NCBI GenBank assembly: GCA_951406725.2
Contig: OX597815.1
Coordinates: 26,970,001 to 27,034,000 of the forward strand
Origin: Octopus vulgaris
Lineage: Eukaryota
Length of the DNA stretch: 64,000 nt
Reading direction: 5' to 3'
This document shows, in pieces, positions 39,741 through 50,431 of the stretch. Both the position numbers and the translations under genes were made by a program. The first letter of the stretch is position 1, and every line of letters begins with the position of its first letter. The notes below the pieces were generated by a model, which did no database searches, was not told the DNA's origin, and was given only the letters and a program-made list of their open reading frames with translations.

Positions 39741-39980
39741 CTGAAATTAAAGTTTCAAACGATGAGCGATGACTAGAAGTATATTGAGTTCTTCATAACC
39801 AGCTGATCTAGCAAGCAGGGCCTCATATCAGTGAAGGGGGCTGGTGCGCATTGATGCCGTCGAGAGGTAGGCCCCAAAACGGCACGCATTCTCTCCTGAT
39901 GACCCCATACACTTGCTAGCTTCCGGTATATGGAGCTTTTAACTGGTAGCGCTTGCACGTGCAAGTTGTTTGCAAGACAT
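39741..39980 (-). other. GC-rich, self-complementary segment bounded by AG/GT; candidate structured exon or ncRNA
   Basis: Acceptor TTCTTCTTAG|ATG, weak donor CAG|GTAGAA; nested complementary blocks across its length. Confidence 0.45.
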
Positions 39981-41139
39981 CTAAGAAGAATAATATTACA
40001 AAATTCTCTTCTTCTATACAAATAATTTCATATTTAGAGAATTAATATCATGGCCTAAAAAAAACAATTTGTGAGTCCCCTTTCAAATGGTACTCACTCC
40101 AAAAAAGTCATAGCAAAAACAAAAAACATGAAACATTTGCCTCATTTATTATAAAGTTATCTTACAATCTTTCCCCCAAAGTACTTATACAGAGATGCTT
40201 TGTAAAACCCTCTCTGATTGAATCATGAAATAACTGAAGTAGGAAATTCTTTAGTTCAATCATACAGAATTCTATTGACATTTGAAGTCAATACAGTTTT
40301 ATTCTTCATTCATTGCCAATATTCTCCATCTATACTGTACTAACAGGTATACCTTCTATATTGGTGTTATTGATTTATATATTTGGCTCAAGGCCACAAA
40401 TTTGTAGCTAAGGGGTATAGTCAATTTAGTTATTCCAAGTACATTTCTAGAAATGGGAGAGGCGATAAGCACTGCCGATCTCCTCAGACTAAAATGTTAA
40501 AAAGAAAATCATTTTATTGACCGCAGATGACTGAAGAGCATAGTTAACTCATGATTCGAACTGAGAACATGGAAAAATTAAACCGGTTACACAAAACCAT
40601 GTAGTCTGGCACTCTACTCTTATCCCACTCCCCCTTATTCTTTTATTGCTAACATGGTTCACTTTTATAGTATTACAGGCATACTACTTTCATAGCCCAC
40701 ATTGTCAATTTATTCAGAGTTCACAAGAATACCATTTTTTATCAAAAGACTAAAATCTCTTTAATTAACAAGAGCAAAAGTTGTTTTAAGATCTTGCAGT
40801 TATTACTGCCAACTAATGATGGCAAACTAAGAACCACCACAGACTTTGGAAGAATTCCAAGCATTAGGGACATATTTGTTCCAACAAGTCATATAACTAT
40901 AAAATTGTATCCTCTTATGAGACAATGAGGGAGCTTTTGTAATCTGCAAGAAATAACAGTGAAACTCTCTGAAATCAAAACCATGAAATACACAATAGAT
41001 GACAAGATTGTCCTGATACACTAAGTTTGAATAAAGAGATGAGACGGTTACAGATGGAAAAGCCTTTGAACACAAATCTGCTTAACCAGGGCTGATCACA
41101 GATTAAGCAACAGCAATAGGAATATATGGATCCATATAG

Positions 41140-42242
41140 GTAAGGAAATGGCTGTGTAGTTAAGAAATTTACTTTCCAGCCATGTGATCTCTCTGGTTCA
41201 GTCCCACTACATGGCACCTTGTGTAAGAGTCTCCTACTATGGCCCTGATCTAACTAAGCCCTGTGAGTGGTTTTGGTAGGCAGAATCCTGAAAGAAGCCC
41301 ACTGCATACATCCACACATACACACATACATACATACATACATACATACATCATCATCATTGTTCGACCGTGGTCGAGACAATGGAATTTACTATGTTGC
41401 GCCAGACTTCATGGTCCATCATAGCATTACGGAGGTCCTGTTGCTGGATGCCTGTATCCCTGGAGATTACATCAGGGTAGGAGAGTGTGCGCTCTCTGGT
41501 GTTGCGAGTAGATGGCTTCCAGAGGAGAAGAGTAGAAATTACTTCTTTTTCAGCTCTACAACAATGTCCAGCAAACTGGACTCTCCTACCTTTCACAAGA
41601 GATGTCACAGGTGGTAATTTCCCATATATTTGCATTTTAGTTGGATGGTGCCTCCACGAGAGATTTTGAGCTCTCATAAGGAGGTGAGTGTAGGTTCCAT
41701 CCAACCGCCTCTCAAGCTTCTTTGATAACGTCCAGGTTTCTGAGCCATATAGTAGGATTGGTTCGACTGTGGCTTTGAATATTTCAAGTTTGAAGTCTCT
41801 ACTTAGATTTGATGACCAGATCTTATGCATGTCATTACAGGCTGACCAGGCCATACCCTTTCTAGTTAGAAAGTCTTTTCCAGATGATGATATGTATGAC
41901 CCAAGATATTTATAATCAGAAACCATATTTAAAGGTGCACTGTTGAGAGTGTGGATGATGCAATCACTGTTGGACAGGCACTTGTTTATGTATTCAGTTT
42001 TGGCCTCATTGAGGTAAAGACCTACACAATTTGAGGCTTGTTCAAGAGATTGTAAAAGAGACTGGGCATTGGAGAGAGAATCACTGATACATACATACAT
42101 ACATACATACATACATACATACATACGTATAGACAGACAGGTAGACGGACAGATAGACAGACAGACAAGCAGGCAGGTAGGCAGACAGACAGACAGGCAG
42201 ACAGGCAGACAGACAGACAGACAGACAGATTGACAGACAGAC

Positions 42243-42315
<73 letters not shown>

Positions 42316-42627
42316 TGTTGTATGTGTGTTTCTGAATGAATGTGTATATCTGCTCTTATCCTGATAACATAATGATCGTAAACATGCATCACCATCACAC
42401 AGGTAATGTTGCTTGTCCTCATCTGCCATGGAAAAAATATGCCTGGCTGTGGGAAAATATTACTTTGCTTGGAAACGGTTGAGAGTTGGTGACTGGAAGG
42501 GCATCTAGCTATAGAGAAACTGTCTGAATAAATTCAGATTTATGCTAGCACAGAAAAGTGGACGATGATGATGATGATGACGACGATGATGACGATGACG
42601 ACGATGATGATGATGATGATGATGATG
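41140..42627 (+). mobile_element. SINE with family-B head and RTE-derived tail, split by a LINE fragment
   Basis: Head 41140-41300; 3' part GGAAGGGCATCTAGC..ATGCTAGCA..(GAT)n. Confidence 0.7.
41351..42088 (-). mobile_element. 3' fragment of a second RTE-like LINE family; ORF runs directly into a (TGA)n tail
   Basis: GLYLNEAKTEY, YKYLGS, LLYGSETWTL, RRVQFAGHC; open frame. Confidence 0.9.
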
Positions 42628-43182
42628 TGAAATTTTACTACTCTGCTGCCAAAACTGACAATGATAAAGCAGATGTATATATATATTTAAAGTAAATGAT
42701 TCATTAATAATTCCTATTTTGTTAAATATTAAAATAGGGAACAAGTTCCAAAGTAAATTAATTGCTTTGCTTGTTTTCAGCCTGACCAAATTACTTTTAT
42801 GAAACTGCTTTTGGAATTCTATAGCTTACTTGGTCATAAAACATGATCAGTTGATAATGGATTCTGGAAAGAGGTGTGTTTAACATATGTTAAATTAAAC
42901 ATGAACCTTGTTTCTTAACTTCCTGCAATATAAAAAGATCCATTTTGTTATATCTCTTCTTATCAATTGCCATCAAGAGGATGTGACACAGTTTGGGTTA
43001 CAAAGCTATGACCACCTCTATACTGTTCTCAGCAGTACACCTCACCTGATGAGGGGGAAACAAAGGTTTGGTATATTGCTCTATGATACTAAATGAACAC
43101 TTCCCGCCTTCTCCAGCTTCATTAAAAGAAAACCTTGAATATATTCTTAATAATAATAATGATAATAATAATAATACTGATA

Positions 43183-43647
43183 ATAATAATAATAATGAAA
43201 TTATTGTATACAGTGCTCAGGTGCACCACAAATTGTCAAAAGTGCATATAAAGCATATGCAGTAATGTACAAATGTCTGGAAAGTCGAACAGTGTATGAG
43301 TCAGATACATGCTTGCGTGTGTATTGGAGGGGGGAAAAATCAGGTGTAGTGTTGGCGAATCTTAGGAAGCATGGAAGTTTTGAAGGATGCAGTGCTCTGA
43401 CAACTAAAAACTGATGCCGGCAGTTTGTTCCATGCTTCAGCAACTCTCAGCGTGAAAAAATGCTTGCGAAAGTCATGGGAGCTGTGCTGTTTTCTGACTT
43501 TGTAAACATGTCCACGGGTGTTAGACAGGTGGAGTTTGAAAAGGTGCTCAGAGTTATTGTTTGTAAGATGGTTAATAATTTTATGGGTGTCTGCCAAGTC
43601 AGCTGCCAGATGTCGGAGTTTCAATGTATCCATGCCCAGGAGATGTA
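43183..43647 (-). mobile_element. CR1-clade LINE 3' end
   Basis: TRGHVYKV, FFTLRVAEAWNKLP; (TTA)n tail. Confidence 0.85.
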
Positions 43648-44477
43648 CAAGCCAGCAATGCGATTATTTGACCTACTAGAAATAGCAGCCAAATTCCCCC
43701 CAATTAACATATCCTACTATCTGAAAACTGACATATCAAAAAATGTAGTCCAAGGTAGAAAATATATGAGAAAAGGTGGAATGATCATAACAGGAATGAC
43801 TTTGATTATAAATTTATTTATTCAGGCTTAAACAGCAATTTATCTTGCTTTTCACGTACACACACATACATTTATACAGGTTTGTATATGTGTGTGAGCA
43901 CATTTGTTGGTAACTGAAGTACACTTTTTCACATTAATGCCTGTTTGATTGGACGAAAGCTTGTTGCCCGAATTAATGTTGAACTGTTCATGTTCTAATA
44001 ATCGTAATGTGGGATTAGGGTTCTGTAATTGCCTTATGCTGTTATGTCAGTTACTAACAGCGGAATTGTGTATGATCATTAGTATCTTGTGCTCATGAAT
44101 TCTGGCCTGTAGTGGAATAGTTTACCATTTATTATGAAAGGTGAATAAAATGACTTCGTTAGTCGACAATTTCTGAAGTGTGAAATACATCTTTAGTTGA
44201 ATATTGATTCCCTGAAAGTATGAATTATGGCAATTTTGACAGATCAGAAGTTAATATAATCAACTATGTCATCAGTAAAATCATCCCCACCTCCGTGTTA
44301 AGAAATAACTCTATAATACCTTTTGATAAACATATTATCCAGTTTGAAATATATGTAAGACTTATGAAGATGGATGAGAATAAGAAATGGGATTTATTTC
44401 TAATTAAGCCTGAACTGCCCACACACGCATGCATGTGCACACACACATGCATGTGCACACACATGTACACACACATG

Positions 44478-44530
<53 letters not shown>

Positions 44531-45248
44531 CCAGAAGCTGAAGTAGTAGATACCACTCAAAGGCGAAAAAAATCTTCTGTTTGAGACAAATCTCAAAATA
44601 CTGTAAATTTTCTACATCCTTTTTGGAAGAGGTTATAAGAGATCATTTTTGACAAGCACTTAACAGGTAAACCAATCAAAAGGTAAAGTATACAATAAAG
44701 CTGAGAAAGCCTTTACGTCTCAGACTGCCATTTCTCCAGACCAGGTGGAAGAGTACACTTTTATGCTTTGGACAGTATTACTATGAATGACCATAATCCT
44801 TAACTTGCAACTGTAGGGAAATTTATTTCAATTCAGGCTAAAATTTGTTTCGTGTATAAACAAGTGACATGGCCATAAAGAATGTTTTGTTGTTAATAAA
44901 TAATGCATAATTTATAAAATGATTGAACGTTGTGTAAAGCTATGGTCATAAACCAATAATATCAGAGGTTTTATCCTGTCAAAGAGCCAAAGGGAAATGT
45001 CTGTTAGGTGCAGTAAATTGGCAATTAACAGCAACGTATTGATAGTGGTTGTGAATTGTGCTTCATCTGCGAAGTCATTGTGAAAAGGTTTGATATTTAA
45101 CCATTCACAGATAATGGCATAGCTAGAATATGTGCCACCAGGGGCAATCCTTGAGTTTTCCTCTACTCTCCACCCTTGCAATATTTCAATACAGCCTACA
45201 CATGCTTACACAGTAGACCCAAAAGTGCTGTTGCTATAAAAGTCTTAC

Positions 45249-45305
45249 CTGAGGACAGACTACCCCTACCCGACACTGATTCCAGATCACCACAACAGGA
45301 ACAAT
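45249..45305 (-). CDS. Candidate 57-nt internal exon of an unidentified host gene
   Basis: TTTTCACCAACAG| ... CAG|GTAAGA; length divisible by 3; phase-1 reading (D)CSCCGDLESVSGRGSLSS(G) is open. Confidence 0.4.
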
Positions 45306-45526
45306 CTGTTGGTGAAAACAAGCTTTAATCAATTTTAAACATTGAAATAAACACTTGCTACCTTCAGTAACTGAAGTTTCCTTTTTGTTTTTTGTTTTTT
45401 TTTGTGTAATATCTGACTCTGCCATCTTAAAAATCCCTACATTATCACAGTTTCAGTTGCTTCACTTTGAATTTAAAAAGAAACCCTCGCCTTTTACTGA
45501 GTCTAATGTATGTGTTGATTCATTAT

Positions 45527-46150
45527 CATCACCATCATCATCATTGTTTATTGTTTGCTTTCCATGCTGGAATAGGTTGGACGGTTTGACTGAGGACTGG
45601 CAAGCCAGCAGGCTGCACCAGACTCCAATCTGATCTGGCAAGGTTCCTATAGCTAGATGCCCTTCCTAACACCAGCCACTTCAAGAGTGTAGTGGGTGCT
45701 TTTTACATGGAAGCCTGTTAGGCGGCACTGGCATTGACCACTCTTGGATGGTGCTTTTTACATGCCACCAATACGGGTGCCAGTCAGGTCGCATTAGAGT
45801 TGGTCATGTGCTCTTTACATGCCAGTAAGGTGGCACTGGTATCGGCCATGCTTGAAAAGATTTTTGTTTTTGCTAGATTGACTCTAAGGCACTTCGGTTC
45901 TAGACCTTGCTTCCACACCTGTAACTTCTTCTCTAGTTCTGGAAGTGACTCAGCTATTAGAGCAAGGTCATCAGCATAGAGGAGCTCCCAGGAGCAGCCT
46001 GTCTTGAATTCCTCTGTTATTGCCTGGAGGACTATAATGAAAATGAGGGGGCTGATGACTGATCCTTGGTGAACCCTTACATGTACCCGGAATTTTTCAC
46101 TATACTCGTTGTCAACCCTCACCTTACTGATAGCATCCCTGTACAGGGCT
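45527..46150 (-). mobile_element. RTE fragment: RT core joined directly to the 3' UTR (internal deletion)
   Basis: VHQGSVISPLIF, LYADD, then 3' UTR and (GAT)n. Confidence 0.9.
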
Positions 46151-46289
46151 TTATTATTATTAAGCTGATGTTTAAAACATAAATTAAAATGAAATTTTGA
46201 TGCAAACTTTTCCTTTAGGTCACCTTAAATATGGAGTTTGTATCATAGAGCTGGTGACAGTCTCAAGCAGGTTGGTATAAAAATGGTTA

Positions 46290-47293
46290 CCATATATACT
46301 CGCAGATAGGTCACACTAATGGATAGGTTGCACTCTTAGTTTGGGGTTGTGAAAGAAGGTATTTGCAGTTGACTCACAGATAGGTTGCACTATAATCTGA
46401 GGAGTTACATGGGCCTTTTAAAATTAAATATAAATAATATTTGTTAAATATTATCAAATATTCAATTTTTATTTCAAAACTTTGTTTACAAATATTAAAA
46501 CATTTTTGTGGAAGTGATTTTATGAAAGAAGTCTAACTGATAAATCAACTTAACAAAAAAAAATCGATAAGTATCAACTTGTAGTGACGCCATCTTGGAA
46601 ATCTCCAGCATGCATGCGCAGAGTTGGAGTCTTCCGGGAAGCCTGCCAGAAATTCCCTAATGCGCATGCGCAGAAAACTAGCAGCAGCAAAATTCCTTCA
46701 TATCATTCTCTTGAATGCTGGCAGCTGACAAAGACAGTCGTGTTTTATCAGCTCTCTCAAGCTGCTACCTTGTGGTGTATCTGCACTATGCTTGAACGGA
46801 CAGGATTTGGCTCACTCCACTTGACTACTGCGGTAAGCTCTTAGGCTGCCAATTCGCCCAGAAAGAGGAATGTATATATTGCGAATCAAGAAATAAATAT
46901 TTATACTGTTGAAGTTAATCAGAAGTCTTGACTCTTTCCTTCGATTGATATTTAATGTAAAGGATCTGAGTTGCACCCATCCAGCGCAGGGACCTCTCAT
47001 CCTTGTTACAAACTTGACAAGAAAAACATCTTGAATTACAAGCAGCACAGAAAAAAAAATGTTACATAAGAAAAGTGTTTATTCATATAGATATAGTTAT
47101 TAAGCTTCATCGGGATTGAAACCACAAAATTCTTCTTCATCATCATCACTGTCAAGCATTCTTTTCATTTGTTCGTCAGTTATGTGAGTCATCAGTGGCC
47201 ATGTTGTGTACTTCAGATCCCTGTGATATCAAGCAGATAAGTTGCACCCCTGCTTTTTATTGAATTTTTTCATAAAAAATGTGCAACCTATCC
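46290..47293. mobile_element. pogo/Tc2-like non-autonomous element with partial right TIR
   Basis: TA|CCATATATACTCG left end; GATAGGTTGCAC subterminal repeats, inverted at 47281-47293; transposase-like C-terminus LDSDDDEEEFCGF on minus strand. Confidence 0.65.
46585..46675. promoter_or_regulatory. Promoter-like motif cluster (YY1, ETS, NRF1/EWG)
   Basis: CGCCATCTT, CTTCCGG, TGCGCATGCGCA (46661-46672) within 90 bp. Confidence 0.45.
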
Positions 47294-48197
47294 ACATTTA
47301 GTGCACTTGTCTGACATAACTGTGTGTTAACAGAGCATCTCTTTACTGCTACTGTATTACAAATGTTTCATAGTACTTATGATTACTCAATTGAAAATAG
47401 TCTACTATAATGCATTCTCCGTCACACAACTCTTTTCAACAAAACAACCATAAGTACCTGATGAAAAAGTACACCAGACAGCTACAAGACATTTGAAGTG
47501 TTATGTAAGATGCACCCAATATGAAACAGCTTTTGAAACAGTTGTAGTGCTTGGTTACCCTTTCCATCCATTTTATTTACAGATTTGGTTATCATATCAT
47601 AAGCAATGTTTGCTGCTATTGAAACAGAGTTGTGTTAGATTTTTCCTTGGACATGGCATGAAAAATCACCAATGTCTCAAAGGAGTGAGTGTCATGGAGT
47701 TTAGTTACATCCAACAAACACTGAAGTTTTTCCCAAAATCCAGGGTTTTTATAACTTGACTTTAAAGAATCGAAATTACATACAAATATTCTTTAAGTAA
47801 CTCTTAGAATTCCTATATAAGCAGTTATATTAACCAATGGAAAAATGACAATAATATTTCTTCGGCAATACGACATTACGTCATATTGCCAGCTACCACA
47901 AATTGGCGCACTATTTTAAAAATGGCTACTTGCTACATCTGTATAGCACCTGTAATATTATCAGAATTTTCCATCTAATCTCAATTTGGGATGAACTGTG
48001 TTTTGATGCATTGATTAATAAATTTTATTGACTGATCTCTATTTTCTCTATTTTCTCTACAAGCCATGTTTATGCCAAGTTTCTACATAGTTTCTATCTA
48101 CCAAATTCACTCACAAGGCATTGGTTGGACTGAACCTGAAACCATGTAGTTGCAAAGTGAGCTTCTTAACTACACAGACACACATGCAATTAATATA

Positions 48198-48417
48198 TGA
48201 GGTCGTTGCCAGAACCGCCTGACTGGCGGCACATAAAAAGCATCCACTACACTCTCAGAGTGGTTGGCGTTAGGAAGGGTATCCAGCAGTAGAAACTCTG
48301 CCAGATCAAGATTGGAACCTGGTGCAGCCATCTGGTTTGCCAGCCCTTAGTCAAAATCGTCCAACCCATGCTAGCATGGAAAGCAGACGTTAAACGATGA
48401 TGATGATAATAATGATG
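48198..48417 (+). mobile_element. RTE 3'-end fragment
   Basis: Conserved 3' end, (GAT)n. Confidence 0.85.
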
Positions 48418-48809
48418 AAATAATTAAAACAATTAACAAAGAATCATATTAATTCTGTCACAAACCATAAGAATAGATAGAACAGTAGAAATTCATGTAC
48501 TACAGGAATACAAGTATCTTTATGATTTGTTTTTGGTAATTTGATAACGAGAATTTTTCGTCATGGCAAATTTTTTTCCTACCTGATTAATTTCATTATA
48601 ATGGAATTTTCCCTATATTACTGAAATTGGATGAAATATTTTACAACAATAGCAACAACCTAACATGGAATTAAACATATTAGTATTTTCAAATTTTATC
48701 AAATACTTTTAAGCAATTAAGAAACTGAAAAATGATTTTGCAATAGTTTCATTATCTGTTCTGACACTTGATTAATTTTTCACTCCTTAAACAGATGTTT
48801 CTAGCTTGA

Positions 48810-49140
48810 ATCATCATCATCATCATCATCATCGTTTAACGTCCGTTTTCCGTGCTAGCATGGGTTGGACAGTTCGACCGGGGTCTGGGAAGCCAGGAGG
48901 CTACACCAGGCTCCAGTCTACAGCTGGATGCCCTTCCTAACGCCAACCACTCCATGAGTGTAGTGGGTGCTTTTTACATGTCACCGGCATGGAAGCCAGT
49001 CAAGGCAGTACTGGCATCGGCCACATTCGGATGGTGCTTTTTACATGCCACCAGCACAGGTATCGTAACGACAATTTCCATTTGATATTTATCTTGATAT
49101 TGATGTACTTGACTCAATAGGTTTCCTCAAGCACAGCAGG
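48810..49140 (-). mobile_element. RTE 3'-end fragment
   Basis: Conserved 3' end, (CAT)n. Confidence 0.85.
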
Positions 49141-50051
49141 TCACCCTACGATCCAAGGTAAGCACAGCAGGTCGTTCTGCAATCCAAGGTACTTTGAATG
49201 GGCTGGGGCTATGTGAAATTGGTGCAGGAAGCAGCCTCACTTGCTTTAGAGTAAATAAGCATTTGCAATAGTCAAATCAGTTGATAAAATATGACATAAC
49301 TTTTAACACAAAAATTCAAACTTGTTACAAAACAAAAAGCAACAGCTATTTTGTCTGATTGCAACCTAAATCTGCTGCCAACAATATTAAATTGTGCTGT
49401 TGGAGAATACGGCTCCTAAAGTTTTCATATGAAGTGTGATGCTGTTTAGAAAGAGAGAATTTGAATGTATGAGTGGGTGCTGAAATGTTCTTGGCTTTAA
49501 GGGTATTTTGAAGGGCCTGGCTGGTGGCCCAACCTTCTGAGTTCTTTTACAGGGCTTAGAAAAACTGAAGGACCGCTGCAATAAGTACATGAATCATCAT
49601 CATCACCATATATTTTTAATGTCCTCTTTTCCATGCTTGCATTGGTCAGACAGAATTTTGCACTGAATTAAAAATGGACATACATACACATGCACACACA
49701 CACATTCACACACACACACGTATATTTTAGAGTTTTGCTTAGATATCGTGACACTAATAACCTGGTGTTAGAAATTGATACACATATGCTTCGAAATAAA
49801 GCATTAGTTGAGTACAGAACATAACATGAAAATAGATAATGGCAAAGGAACAGGATATATGCCATGATCTTCATTAGCAGAAACAGCTGTAAGCTAATGA
49901 AGTTCACTGCATAATTTCCTGTTCCTTTGTCATTTATTTAAGGAAGAAATCAAACAACAGGAGAGAAACTCTCAACAAAATCAACCTCGTCCTCCAATAT
50001 CATTGCCATGCAGTCAATGGCATCAACTCGTCAATGCAAATTGGTCTCCGG

Positions 50052-50149
50052 CAGAGGTTCCCGATCTGGGGTCTGCAGACCCCTGATGGTCCACAAAGGT
50101 AGTACTGGGGCCCATGAACTAAATTCAGAATTTCACACACACATATATG

Positions 50150-50199
<50 letters not shown>

Positions 50200-50280
50200 C
50201 ACACACACACTCATAAGGATAAGCATATTAAAAGGGGTCCATAGAAAAACTCATTTAAATAAAAGGGTTCGGAACCACTG
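50052..50280. mobile_element. hAT-Charlie-type MITE with internal (TA)n
   Basis: TIRs CAGAGGTTCCC / CGGAACCACTG; degenerate 8-bp TSD GTCTCCGG / GTCTACAG. Confidence 0.7.
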
Positions 50281-50340
50281 GTCTACAGGTTCATCAATGC
50301 CAACACGATAAAGGAAGCTGCAGTCAACACCATCACCCAA

Positions 50341-50431
<91 letters not shown>

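Noticed and set aside
43046-43062. CTGATGAGGGGGAAAC hammerhead core words
   Set aside because: No stem II possible between the cores
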